In this document: positions 9,741-20,646 of the stretch, piece by piece
Layout of the letters: each line of letters begins with the position of its first letter
How positions within the stretch are numbered: the first letter of the stretch is position 1
NCBI GenBank assembly: GCA_963786955.1
Contig: CAWBAT010000005.1
Coordinates: 768,001 to 832,000 of the forward strand
From: an uncultured Acidimicrobiia bacterium
GTDB taxonomy: Bacteria > Acidobacteriota > Terriglobia > Versatilivoradales > Versatilivoraceae
Direction: 5' to 3'
DNA: 64,000 nucleotides
Translations under genes and position numbers: made by a program
Notes under the pieces: generated by a model
Databases searched by the model: none
What the model was told of the DNA's origin: nothing
Seen by the model: only the letters and a program-made list of their open reading frames with translations

Positions 9741-12700
9741 ATGCGCATTAAACAATGATGCCTTTCATGCTACTCCTTCTTTTTGGAGGAACCAACACAC
9801 TTGCCCAGTCTGAAGCCCGATTACTGCGCTTTCCTGCGATTTATGACAATCAAATTGTCTTTAGTTACGCGGGGGACCTTTACGCTGTTTCTGCCACAGG
9901 CGGGACAGCCCGCAAACTGACCAGTGACAACGGGTATGAAATGTTTGCGCGTTTTTCGCCTGATGGCAAGACCATTGCCTTTCACCGGCCAATACGATGG
10001 GAATACCGAAGTTTATCTGATTCCAGCCGAAGGCGGAGTTCCCAAAAGACTCACGTTCACTGCGACACTAGAGCGGGATGACGTGGCGGATCGCATGGGG
10101 CCCAACAATATCGTCATGGGATGGAAAAATGACACCAGATTGTTTTTCGTTCCAAGAAAACTCAATTTAATGAATTCAAAGGACAATTACTGCTGGCGTC
10201 GATTGAGGGAGGGATTCCCGGAAGAACTGCCTTTACCTCGAGGCGGGTTCTGCTCGTTCTCCCCTGACCAAAATAAACTCGCCTACAACCGGATTTTCCG
10301 GGAATTTCGAACCTGGAAACGCTATCGCGGCGGACAGGCAGACGATATTTGGATTTACGATTTTCAAACCAAAACAACCACGAACCTGACCAATAATCCG
10401 GCCCAGGACATTATCCCAATGTGGAGTGGAAATAAGATCTACTTCCTCTCGGACCGCGATGAAAACAAGCGAATGAATCTCTACGTTTATGATCTGGGAA
10501 CCAAGAAAACCAGCGCTCTGACCCATTTTGTCGAATTTGACATCAAATTCCCGTCGCTGGGCAATCGAGCCATAGTTTTTGAGAATGGCGGATACTGTGT
10601 ATCGGATGGATCTATCGAGTGAAAAGGCCGAAAAGGTGCCCATCTTCATTCATGAAGACCTTGTCTGGAAGCGAGGTGGTCTGATCGATGTGAGCAAAGG
10701 GATTAGCAATTATGAGATCGCTCCCGATGGCAGTCGTGCGTTATTGGGTTCCCGAGGTGAGATTTTTACTACTCCCGGCAAAGTACGGCAATACACGGAA
10801 TCTGACAAACTCTTCCGGAATTCACGAACGGAATTCTAAGTGGTCTCCCGATGGCAAGTGGATCGCATACATCTCGGACGCTACCGGAGAAGAAGAGATT
10901 TACATCATGCCGCAGGATGGAAGTGGACCTGCCAAGCAATTGACCCACAACGGAGACACATACAAGTACAAGCTTCTCTGGTCACCCGACAGCAAGAAGA
11001 TCCTCTGGTCCGACAAGAAACTCCGCCTCCAGTACGTTGATATTGAGACTGAAAAAGTCACTCTGGCGGCGCAAGCCAAGGCATGGGAATTCGAGGACTT
11101 CAACTGGTCTCCAGACAGCCTGTGGATCACTTATGCCCAAATCGAAGAGGATAGACTCCCCACGGTCTCTATTTATTCCTTGGAAAAACAGCAGCGGATC
11201 GAAGTCACCGATGGCTGGTTCGCTTCAGGAGAACCAGCTTTCAGCTCGGATGGGAAATTCCTTTTCTTCGTTTCAAACCGGGATTTCAACCCAACCTATG
11301 GCCAGACGGATCGGGACTTCATTTATAGCGACTTGCAGAGAATCTATTTCGTCACCCTCGACCGCTCTACGAAATCTCCGTTCGAACCAAAAAGTGATGA
11401 GGTGAAAATCACCGAGAATGAACCGAAAGAATCATGCCGGAAAGGACAAAAAAAAGGAAGAGGAACAGAAGAAATCAGTGATTGTCAAAGTCGATGAGTC
11501 GGGGCTGAAGAGTCGAATTATTGAATTACCAGTTACTGCCTCTTCCTATCGAAATTTGGCGTCCGTGGGTGAGCGACTTTATTATGTTCGCAGCGGTAGC
11601 AAAGACGAGAAGCCCAAACTCCTGATGTTTGAATTAGACAAGCAAAAAGAGACCGAACTCGGTGAGGTCAATGGCTTTGAAGTTTCGGCGAATGGAAAAA
11701 AGATGATCGTAGGGCAGCAGGGTTCTTATGCCATCCTCGATGTTCCTAACTCCCGCCTGGATCTCAAAGAGCGTTTGAATTTGTCTGACATGAAAATGAA
11801 CCTGGATCGGTCTGCCGAATGGAGGCAGATCTACAATGAATGCTGGCGCCAGATGCGGGATTTCTTTTATGCGCCGAACATGAACGGAGTGAACTGGGCA
11901 GGAGTCCGGAAGACATATGAGCCTCTTTTAGAGCATGTGGGACACCGTGCCGATTTAGATTACGTCATTGGAGAAATGATTGGCGAGTTGAATGCTGGAC
12001 ATACTTATGTGGGCGGGGGCGATATGCCCAAAGTGGAGCGAATCAAAATGGGTTTACTGGGAGCCCGCATCGAACGAGACCCCGCTTCAAAATACTACCG
12101 GATCAGAAAAATTTTACCTGGCCAAAACTGGGACAAAAAAGTTCGTTCCCCTCTTTCGGAGGTGGGCGTAGACGCCCACGAGGGGGATTATATTCTGGCA
12201 ATCGACGGCAAGCCGACCAATTCCATGGTTGACATCTATGAATCTCTGGTAAGCACAGTCGATAAACAGGTTCGTTTGAAATTGAATGCTCAGGCGAAAG
12301 AAGAAGGGAGCCGGGAAGTGGTCGTGATCCCCATCAGCGATGAGCGACCTCTTTACTATTACGAGTGGGTAGAGAAGAACGTCGAAAAAGTCAGCAAAGC
12401 CACGGATGGGAAAGTCGGATACATTCATATCCCAAACATGAGGGTGGAAGGTCTCAATGAGTTTGCCAAATATTACTACCCTCAACTTCGGTAAGGAGGG
12501 ATTGATCCTCGATGTCCGGGGGAATGGTGGGGGCAACATCTCTCCGATGTTGATTGAGAAATTGCGCCGCGAAATCGCTCTATTTGGAGTGGCTCGGAAC
12601 ACAGCCATCGTCTATAACCCCAGCGGGCTGGTCCTCGGTCCAAAAGTCTGTCTCCTCGATGAATTTTCGGCTTCAGACGGAGATCTATTTCCTTACCGTT

Positions 12701-13017
12701 TCAGGATTCACAAACTGGGAAAACTGATTGGGAAACGCTCATGGGGCGGCGTCGTCGGGATTCGTGGAACGCTTCCGCTTGTCGACGGAGGATATTTGAA
12801 CCGTCCGGAATTTTCGGTTTTTGATCTGTCCGGGAAAGAATGGGTGATTGAGGGTCATGGCGTTGATCCGGATATCGTTGTGGATAACGATCCTGCCAAA
12901 GAATACGTTGGGATTGACGAACAACTCGACAAAGCCATTGCCGTCATCCTGGAAGAGATGAAGAAACAGCCCGTGAAACTGCCCACCCCTCCGCCTTATC
13001 CGGATAAGAGCAAGTGA
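9741..13017 (+). CDS. Tricorn protease (S41 family; PD40 propellers + PDZ), multiple frameshifts
   Basis: ARLLRFPAI, RTWKRYRGG, GELNAGHTYV, VGYIHIP, DVRGNGGG, SASDGD, GKRSWGGVVG, GHGVDPDIVV. Confidence 0.9.
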
Positions 13018-13035
13018 GCAGCCTGCCTGTCGTCT

Positions 13036-13142
13036 GGTAGCCACGATTGCCGTGTCTTCCGCGGCTATCGTGGGGTAATATCATCGAATCCCGTCCCAAC
13101 CCACGATTGAACTCCAAAAAGCCGAGTTCAATCGTGGCTACC
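13036..13142. repeat. GTAG-type REP doublet (REPIN-like)
   Basis: Perfect outer IR GGTAGCCACGATTG / CAATCGTGGCTACC; each half is itself a hairpin; lies between convergent genes. Confidence 0.7.
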
Positions 13143-13199
13143 TAATGGGACATAAGCCCCACCTTTGTGGCTCTCAGCTTCTGAAACTGTCAGGTATTA

Positions 13200-14536
13200 C
13201 TAATGTGAATCTTTTGGTTCAGGAAGACTCAACGCAACGGCGAGAGCAGGCAGAAAGAGGAAAGACGCATAGAACAGGGCAACGCGAAAACTGCCAACCT
13301 TGGAAAAAAGTCCGAAAAATACAGTGCCCAAAGCAGCCGCGATTCGTCCAATGTTATAACAGAACCCCGCTCCGGTCGTGCGCAGGAGAGTCGGGAAAAG
13401 AGGCGGGAGATACATCGTAAATAAGCCAAAGACACCTGAACAGAACCCAATCAAAGGCAGCCAGAGAAGGAGAGCAACGGTGGTCGCGCGGGACGCTATA
13501 GGCACCAAACATGGCCAGAAAAAAACACAGAACACAATAACGCAATACTCCTCCGGTATCCGAATAGGCTGGCAATCCATCCCGCAAAAAAATTTCCTCC
13601 CATCGAAGCCACGACGACGATGAAGAAAAACTTGCTCACCAGTTGCTCTCGATCATAGACCGTCCAGGTTGCCAATTCCGGAAGATTTCGCACATGCTGC
13701 TGGTTCCAGAACATGGAATGCCCACCAGGCGGTCAAGGAAAGAGAACAGACCAGGATCGTCTTGACAGTAATGGGGAGCACCTCCCCTCGAAAAAGCTCC
13801 ATAATCGAAGGTTCATGATGCTGCGCTTTGAGCTTTCGCGGCGTGCCACTCTGCCGGCTCAGGAACGGCTCGTCGAATCCAGAACACCAAAATGGCGGGA
13901 AGAATGCCGACGAAGAAAAACCCAGCGCGGATTCTGGTCCGCCATGACGTAAACGGTTACACACGCCAGCAACACGCCGATATTCACGCCGGTTTGAAGG
14001 ACGGCCGCAATCCAAGGACGCCACCGGCGCGGCCAGGTTTCCGACAAGAGAGCCGACCCAACGGCCCACTCGCCTCCAATTCCTAACGCCGCGAGGAAAC
14101 GAAAAATTAATAAATGCCACCAAGTCTGAGCAAAAGAAGAGAGGCCGGTAAAAATAGCATAGGTCAGAATCGTCAAGGAAAGCGCCCGGCTTCGTCCGAG
14201 AAGATCTCCGATTCGGCCAAAGAAACCGCCTCCCAAAGCCCATCCGATGAGGAAGGCTGCTTGAATCCAGGAACTGTACAGTTTGACCTTGGGGTCCGCG
14301 AAGCTATGCACCTGCAGCAACTGCATCACAAACGGGGCCGCCACGAGCGTGTAGAGATGCATGTCCAGTCCATCAAATAACCAGCCGAGCCAGGCTGCTG
14401 TGCCGGACTTCCATTGTTGGGAAGAGATTTCACTGAGACGAGTCGCTTCGGGGATCGTGGCCGGACGAGTCTCCTTTTCTACGAGCCTTCGATCTGGAGT
14501 CTCTCGCAAGAAATTTTCTGCCTCACGGTTTGCCAA
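13200..14536 (-). CDS. MFS transporter (frameshifted)
   Basis: AWLGWLFDGLD, GRIGDLLGRSR, FRFLAALGIGGEW, FPTLLRTTGAGFCYNIGR. Confidence 0.85.
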
Positions 14537-14724
14537 GTGACCCTCCGGGCTGATGATTTGATGGGATGGCGAGAAGTTCGAGTTGGAACGAGAAAACTAA
14601 CATTAACACAAACTCCTCATGAATATTCAATTCATCGGGCGGTGAGATGAAAAAAATTCAGAACTGATTACCCAACGAGACGGCACGAGAAATATCAAAA
14701 AACATGAGTAAGCTGGAAAGATTT

Positions 14725-14861
14725 GAACCGCTAAGATCGCCAAGAAAAGCAACGAAAACTCATCTCCAGTGAAATTTCATTCCTGCATATCCAAGAGTTC
14801 CCCAATGAAGCTTTAACCCCAATGTTTTTACTCTTGGCGCACTTGGCGTTCTTGGCGTTTC
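14725..14861. mobile_element. 9-mer-arm element copy, 137 bp
   Basis: GAACCGCTAAG ATCGCCAAG ... CTTGGCGCA CTTGGCGTT CTTGGCGTT TC; spacer homologous to the copy at 20027-20163. Confidence 0.75.
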
Positions 14862-14870
14862 TGAATCTCT

Positions 14871-14979
14871 CTAGTACAAACTTGCAGAATTCTGTGTTGC
14901 AGTTGGCCCCGCTATTTAAGCCCGGGGTCAACGACCCCAGCTACAACAATTGCCGCGAATTTGTGCAATTTAGTACTAG
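14871..14979. repeat. CTAGTAC-ended inverted-repeat element enclosing a GTAG REP-like hairpin
   Basis: Imperfect TIR CTAGTACAAACTTGCAGAATTC / GAATTTGTGCAATTTAGTACTAG; internal GGGGTC-AAC-GACCCCAGCTAC. Confidence 0.55.
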
Positions 14980-15001
14980 AACTCCCCTGCCAGGGCTTGA
15001 T

Positions 15002-16225
15002 TCAAGCTCCGAATTTGTCAAACAACCCGGCATTGGCCATCATGTAACGAATGAGGTTTTTGCTCTTGAAGACGCCTAGAGAGCCTCGATTTGCATTGGT
15101 TTCCGTAAAGCGTTCCAATTTGTCACTGCCGCTTACAGAACCCGCGATCATCACGGGTTGTGGGTGCCAGCTGTGGGACTTCATCGGAACCGGAGTGGAA
15201 TGATCACCCGTAATGGCCAACACGGTTGGCCGCTTCTGTAACAGGATGGGCAGGGCCTTGTCCACCTCTTCAATAACGGCAACTTTCTGATCAAATCGTC
15301 CGTCTTCCCCTGCCATGTCGGTTCCCTTCACATGAATGAAGAAATAATCGAAGTTGTCGTACTCCGCCAGGTATTTTTCAAACTCCTCCTGAACGGTACC
15401 GGTCCCTTCCAGTTTTTTCATTCCGATGAGCTGCGCCAGTCCCTTGTACATGGGATACACCGCAATGGCGCCGGCCTTGAGGCCAAAGCGTTCTTGAAAC
15501 GAAGGGATCTTCGGCGAATGAGCAATACCGCGGAGGAGAAATCCATTGGCCGGATGTTCTTGGGCAATCAGAGGCAGAGCTTTAGCGTAAAAGTCATTGA
15601 CTATATCTGCTGCTTCCTTTGCCTTGGCTGATTTCACGGCAGCTTGTACTTTCTTAATTGGTTCGCCTTCACGATGCGGGTCAGAATCCGTCAGTGGTCC
15701 TTCGAGACCTTTTCCCCGAAAAACGACGACGAAACGATGGGATTTCCCCGGCTTGATGATGATCTCGGCGCTACCAACCTTTTTCACTTTCCTCAGTTTT
15801 TCGCAGAGTTTCTCATTGACCTCTGTGGGAATCCGACCGGCACGTCGATCGGTCACAATACCCTTTGGGTCAAGAGTACAGAAATTCGCCCGCGCTGCCA
15901 CATCTCCGGTTTTCAAATCGATGCCAAGCCCAAGAGCCTCGATGACGCCACGGCCGACTTCATACTCGAGCGGATCATAGCCAAACAACCCCAGGTGCCC
16001 GGGGCCGCTTCCGGGAGTGATTCCAGGAGCCACGGGAATCATGCGCCCCATGGCGGCAGCCTTGGCAAGCTGATCCAATTGTGGAGTTCGGGCCGCCTCA
16101 AGCGGAGTCAAGTAGTTCGTACCCGGGGTAGCAATGTCTCCCACCCCATCCAGAACTAATAAGACCAACTTGGTGTGGGGTGGATTGGGAACCCGCAATG
16201 ATTGATAGACATTTTCAATATTCAT
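15002..16225 (-). CDS. apgM: 2,3-bisphosphoglycerate-independent phosphoglycerate mutase (ApgM type)
   Basis: LVLDGVGD, TPGSGPGHLGLFGYDP, HVKGTDMAGEDG, ITGDHSTP. Confidence 0.9.
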   Translation of the reverse strand: MNIENVYQSLRVPNPPHTKLVLLVLDGVGDIATPGTNYLTPLEAARTPQLDQLAKAAAMGRMIPVAPGITPGSGPGHLGLFGYDPLEYEVGRGVIEALGLGIDLKTGDVAARANFCTLDPKGIVTDRRAGRIPTEVNEKLCEKLRKVKKVGSAEIIIKPGKSHRFVVVFRGKGLEGPLTDSDPHREGEPIKKVQAAVKSAKAKEAADIVNDFYAKALPLIAQEHPANGFLLRGIAHSPKIPSFQERFGLKAGAIAVYPMYKGLAQLIGMKKLEGTGTVQEEFEKYLAEYDNFDYFFIHVKGTDMAGEDGRFDQKVAVIEEVDKALPILLQKRPTVLAITGDHSTPVPMKSHSWHPQPVMIAGSVSGSDKLERFTETNANRGSLGVFKSKNLIRYMMANAGLFDKFGA

Positions 16226-16475
16226 AAGCCTCCTGATTGAAGAGAACCAATGATCATAACCTTACTAGTTTAATCTAACTCAAACGCTGAAACGCATAAA
16301 ATACACCGTCGATTGACCCGGGAGATTCTAGGTCGGCAGAAGAGCAGCTCTTCAGAATGTGTCAGCATGTTCCCATTCTTCGATTTGAATTCGCTGCCCC
16401 TCCGTGTAAAATGACCACGCTTTCATCAGAAGGTTTTGCTCGCCACGAAGGCCGCAAAAACATCAATGGGTCTCT

Positions 16476-19400
16476 ATGAAGAAACTACTTGCCGCTAATC
16501 GAAGTGAAATTGCCATCCGCATCATGCGGGCCTCCACCGAATTGGGGCTGAGAACGGTCGCCATCTTCTCGGAAGAAGACCGACTGGGACTGCATCGTTT
16601 CAAGGCAGATGAAGCCTACCTTGTCGGGAAAGGCAAAGGACCGATCCAAGCTTACCTGGATATCGATGGGATCGTGGCGATTGCATTGGAAACGCAGGTC
16701 GATGCCATCCACCCAGGCTATGGCTTTCTCTCTGAGAATCCCGCTTTTGCCAGGGCTTGTCAGAAAGCCGGAATCACGTTCATAGGGCCGGAGCCCGAGT
16801 TGCTCGAACTTCTCGGGGACAAAGTGGCGGCACGTCGCTTGGCAGAAAAGGCCGGAGTCCCGGTAGTCCCCGGAACGCTCCAAGCCGTACATGGGTTTGA
16901 GGCCGCTAAGAAGGCTGCCCGGTCGATCGGTTATCCGCTCATCATTAAGGCCGCTTTTGGAGGTGGTGGCCGAGGGATGCGCGTCGTCCGAACCGCAGGG
17001 GAGCTAGAGCCCCTGCTGGAAGAGGCCCGACGGGAAGCCGAAGGCGCTTTTGGCGACGGTTCCATTTTCCTCGAGCGCTTTGTTCAGCGGGCCAAACATA
17101 TTGAAGTCCAAATTTTAGCGGACCAGCATGGTCACGTGCAGCATCTATACGAACGGGATTGTTCGGTTCAGCGCCGGCATCAGAAAATAGTCGAAGTCGC
17201 TCCGGGAGTCGGTGTCTCTCCAAAATTGAGAAAGCAACTTTGCGAAGCAGCCGTGGCTCTGGCTAAGGAGGCTCGCTATTCTAACGCCGGGACGGTTGAA
17301 TTCCTGGTAGACACCGATTCAGAAGAATGGTTTTTCATCGAGGTGAACCCTCGCATCCAGGTAGAACACACCGTAACCGAAATGGTTACGGGGGTCGATT
17401 TGGTTCGCTCGCAAATCTTGATTGCACAAGGCCATCGTCTGCATGAGGCCCCCCTGTTTCTGCCGAAACAAAAGGATCTCCCCCTTCACGGTTTCGCCTT
17501 GCAGTGCCGAATCACGACAGAGGACCCTGAGAATAGTTTTTCTCCGGACTACGGGAAGATTACGACCTATCGTTCCCCCGCCGGATTTGGCATTCGCCTG
17601 GACGGTGGGACAGCCTACGGCGGAGCCATCCTGACCCCTTATTACGATTCCTTGCTCGTCAAAGTGACCGCCTGGGGAGTCAGCCTCGTCGAAGCCTGCC
17701 AACGTATGGACCGGGCTCTCCGTGAGTTTCGTATCCGTGGAGTCAAGACAAACATTCCCTTCCTGGAGAATGTGGTGCATAACGAAGTCTTCCAGGCAGG
17801 CCGCTCGACCACCACATTCCTCGACGAGACCCCAGATCTTTTTCGATTTATCCGGCGAAAGGATCGCGCAACCCGGCTGTTGAATTACTTGGGCGACGTG
17901 ATTATCAACGGCAATCCTGAGGTCATAGGGAAGAAGTGGCCTGAAGGATATGGAGCGGGGTCCAGTTCCGTGAACAGTGAGCCCATTCTCCTCCCTGAAT
18001 TGTCTTTTCCAAAGGGCCAGGCGCCCCCTCCGGGCACACGCCAACTTCTCCAGGAACTTGGCCCCAAGGGATTTGCCGTGTGGGTTCGAAAACAACGGCG
18101 ATTATTGGTCACCGATACCACGTTTCGTGATGCGCACCAGTCGTTGCTGGCAACCCGCGTCCGATCCCTGGATATGCTTCGCGTGGCCGAAGCCGTGGCA
18201 CATCAACTCCCCAATCTTTTCAGTCTGGAAATGTGGGGCGGAGCCACTTTTGATACCAGCATGCGTTTCCTGTTGGAAGATCCCTGGCAACGATTGCAAC
18301 AGTTGCGAGAACTGATTCCCAATATTTGTTTTCAAATGCTCCTTCGGGGATCCAACGCCGTGGGTTACACGAGTTACCCGGACAATGTAGTCGCCGAATT
18401 TGTCCGGGAATCAGCCCGCCAAGGAATCGATATTTTCAGGATTTTTGATTCCTTAAACTCTGTTGAGAATATGAGGGTTGCGATTGATGCAGTGCTCGAA
18501 ACCAAGGCAATTTGTGAGCCGGCGATCTGTTACACGGGAGACCTCCTCGATCCCAACCGGCCAAAATACTCGTTGAAGTATTACGTCAAAATGGCCAAGC
18601 AGTTGGAGAGGTGGGGGGCTCACATTCTCGGAATCAAAGATATGGCCGGTTTGTGCAAGCCCTATGCGGCTTTCCAACTCGTGAAAGCATTGCGGGAGGA
18701 AATTGAGATTCCCATTCACTTCCATACCCACGATACCAGTGGCGTCAATGCGGCCTCTATTCTCAAGGCTTCTGAAGCGGGCGTCGACATTGCCGATGCG
18801 GCCATTTCGTCAATGAGTGGACAAACCAGTCAGCCCAATCTGAATTCTCTCATTGAGGCCTTAAGACATACTCCGCGAGACACCGGTTTAAATATTGAAA
18901 CCCTCAACGAATGTTCCGACTATTGGGAAAAGGTCCGGACCTATTATCTTCCTTTCGATGGTGGGCCGAAATCCGGCGATGCAAGAGTTTACTTGCATGA
19001 GATCCCCGGCGGCCAGTACACGAATTTTCTTGAGCAGGCAGCAGCGATGGGACTCGGACACCGCTGGGCCGAGGTTGAACAAACTTATGCAGAAGTCAAT
19101 CTGCTGTTCGGAGATATCGTGAAGGTCACCCCTTCCAGTAAGGTTGTAGGGGATATGACGATGTTTCTACTGACTAAGGGAATGCGTGCAGCCGATATCT
19201 TGAACCTGGATCTTCATCACGACTTATCCATTCCTAATTCAGTCATTGACATGTTTTCCGGTTCCTTAGGAACACCGCCCGGGGGCTGGCCACGCCAATT
19301 GCAGAAGATCATCCTAAGAGGCGCTGAACCCAAGAAGGGTCGGCCAGGAGCAGATTTGCCTGATGTTGATTTCGAGGAAACCCAGGTTGTCCTGGAAAGA

Positions 19401-19955
19401 AAAGTGGGGCGTTCAGTCCGGCATGACGAAATCTTGAGCTACTTAATGTATCCTGAAGTCTTTCTCAAATACGCCAAGCAGCGGCATAGCTTTGGAGACG
19501 TGAGCGTCCTGCCCACCCCCCAGTTTTTTTATGGGATGCGCTCTGGAGAGGAAATCACTGTGAATTTGGAGCCAGGGAAGACCTTGGTCATTAAATTTCT
19601 CACGGTAGGAGAGCCTCATCCCGACGGAAACAGGACGGTTTTCTTCGAACTGAACGGTCAGCCCAGAGAGGTGGTTATCCGCGATAAAACGCTTCGGGCT
19701 GCCGCTCCCGCTCATCCCAAAATCAATCCTGCCGAGCCCGGTCATGTTGGCTCCCCTTCCCCGGGAATCATCACGAGTGTCTTCGTCCAGCTCACTCAGA
19801 AGGTCAAACGGGGAGATAAGTGTCTAGCTTTGGAAGCAATGAAGATGCAAAGCACGATTTATGCTCCCATCTCCGGTCGCATCAGCCATCTCCTTGTCGA
19901 GTCCGGGCAAAGAGTGGATGTCAAAGATTTGTTGCTCGTGATCGAAAGCGAATAG
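16476..19955 (+). CDS. pyc: Pyruvate carboxylase
   Basis: ANRSEIAIR, RDCSVQRRHQK, TDTTFRDAHQSLLATR, IHFHTHDT, biotin site EAMKM. Confidence 0.97.
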   Translation: MKKLLAANRSEIAIRIMRASTELGLRTVAIFSEEDRLGLHRFKADEAYLVGKGKGPIQAYLDIDGIVAIALETQVDAIHPGYGFLSENPAFARACQKAGITFIGPEPELLELLGDKVAARRLAEKAGVPVVPGTLQAVHGFEAAKKAARSIGYPLIIKAAFGGGGRGMRVVRTAGELEPLLEEARREAEGAFGDGSIFLERFVQRAKHIEVQILADQHGHVQHLYERDCSVQRRHQKIVEVAPGVGVSPKLRKQLCEAAVALAKEARYSNAGTVEFLVDTDSEEWFFIEVNPRIQVEHTVTEMVTGVDLVRSQILIAQGHRLHEAPLFLPKQKDLPLHGFALQCRITTEDPENSFSPDYGKITTYRSPAGFGIRLDGGTAYGGAILTPYYDSLLVKVTAWGVSLVEACQRMDRALREFRIRGVKTNIPFLENVVHNEVFQAGRSTTTFLDETPDLFRFIRRKDRATRLLNYLGDVIINGNPEVIGKKWPEGYGAGSSSVNSEPILLPELSFPKGQAPPPGTRQLLQELGPKGFAVWVRKQRRLLVTDTTFRDAHQSLLATRVRSLDMLRVAEAVAHQLPNLFSLEMWGGATFDTSMRFLLEDPWQRLQQLRELIPNICFQMLLRGSNAVGYTSYPDNVVAEFVRESARQGIDIFRIFDSLNSVENMRVAIDAVLETKAICEPAICYTGDLLDPNRPKYSLKYYVKMAKQLERWGAHILGIKDMAGLCKPYAAFQLVKALREEIEIPIHFHTHDTSGVNAASILKASEAGVDIADAAISSMSGQTSQPNLNSLIEALRHTPRDTGLNIETLNECSDYWEKVRTYYLPFDGGPKSGDARVYLHEIPGGQYTNFLEQAAAMGLGHRWAEVEQTYAEVNLLFGDIVKVTPSSKVVGDMTMFLLTKGMRAADILNLDLHHDLSIPNSVIDMFSGSLGTPPGGWPRQLQKIILRGAEPKKGRPGADLPDVDFEETQVVLERKVGRSVRHDEILSYLMYPEVFLKYAKQRHSFGDVSVLPTPQFFYGMRSGEEITVNLEPGKTLVIKFLTVGEPHPDGNRTVFFELNGQPREVVIRDKTLRAAAPAHPKINPAEPGHVGSPSPGIITSVFVQLTQKVKRGDKCLALEAMKMQSTIYAPISGRISHLLVESGQRVDVKDLLLVIESE

Positions 19956-20026
19956 TTCACCGCAACGCGCTTGATTTTTTTGAGTTGGTCCCCCCCTACT
20001 CCCCTTCCCTTAGCCCCCTGTTGAAA

Positions 20027-20163
20027 GAAACGCCAGGAACGCAAAGACCGCCAAGAATCAATGCATTAGAGCCAACACCTTGCTGAGATTGTTTTTGGAT
20101 GAATAGGATTGAATTGCGTTGGAGATGAGTTTCAGTTGCTTTCCTTGGCGTCCTTGGCGGTTT
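20027..20163. mobile_element. 9-mer-arm element copy, 137 bp (inverted relative to 14725-14861)
   Basis: GAAACGCCAGG AACGCAAAG ACCGCCAAG ... CTTGGCGTC CTTGGCGGTTT. Confidence 0.75.
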
Positions 20164-20227
20164 ATATTTTTGTTGGGCCGAACAAATGGAAGAAATGCAA
20201 AGGCCGTCATGTCCTCCGAGAAAACAC

Positions 20228-20268
20228 TTGACTTTTGATTCATATTTCGACTATAGTCGAAATATGAA
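20228..20268 (+). promoter_or_regulatory. arsR promoter and ArsR operator
   Basis: TTGACT (20228) - 18 nt - TATAGT (20252); perfect 30-bp palindrome TTCATATTTCGACTA|TAGTCGAAATATGAA (20239-20268) overlapping the ATG. Confidence 0.75.
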
Positions 20269-20605
20269 GACGAAGGATCGACGCACCAATTACTACGCAG
20301 AGCTTTTTAAGGCCCTCGGTTCCGCCCCCCGATTACAGATCGTTCGACTGTTGGTGACCTACGGGGAAATGGGATGTTGTGTCGGTGATATTCAAAAGGA
20401 GATCGGGGGAGCCAATTCGACTCTCTCTCATCACCTGCAGACACTTCAACAACAAGGATTGATTCATTCTCGCAAGGAGGCCCAGTGGATTTATTACTCG
20501 TTGAATTTTGCAACTGTGAATGAGCTGCTTCATTTTCTGATGGAAGATTGCTGTGGCCGGAGTCGTCCGTTAGTCACGATTCAGAACGGACAATTTGACT
20601 CATAA
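20264..20605 (+). CDS. arsR: ArsR/SmtB family repressor
   Basis: FKALGSAPRLQIVRLL, STLSHHL, WIYY, C-terminal EDCC; upstream of arsM. Confidence 0.88.
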   Translation: MKTKDRRTNYYAELFKALGSAPRLQIVRLLVTYGEMGCCVGDIQKEIGGANSTLSHHLQTLQQQGLIHSRKEAQWIYYSLNFATVNELLHFLMEDCCGRSRPLVTIQNGQFDS

Positions 20606-20618
20606 TTTTTTTCATTAT

Positions 20619-20640
20619 TATTTCTACTATTATAGAAATA
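20619..20640 (+). promoter_or_regulatory. Second putative ArsR operator upstream of arsM
   Basis: TATTTCTACTATTATAGAAATA resembles the core ATTTCGACTATAGTCGAAAT; TTGACT at 20595. Confidence 0.5.
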
Positions 20641-20646
20641 AAGGAG

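Noticed and set aside
14731-15079. ORFs with NAKNAK / LAFLAFL periodic peptides (also 3215-3415, 24692-24931, 24852-25286, 27080-27343)
   Set aside because: These are translations of the 9-mer repeat arms (3-codon period), not real proteins.
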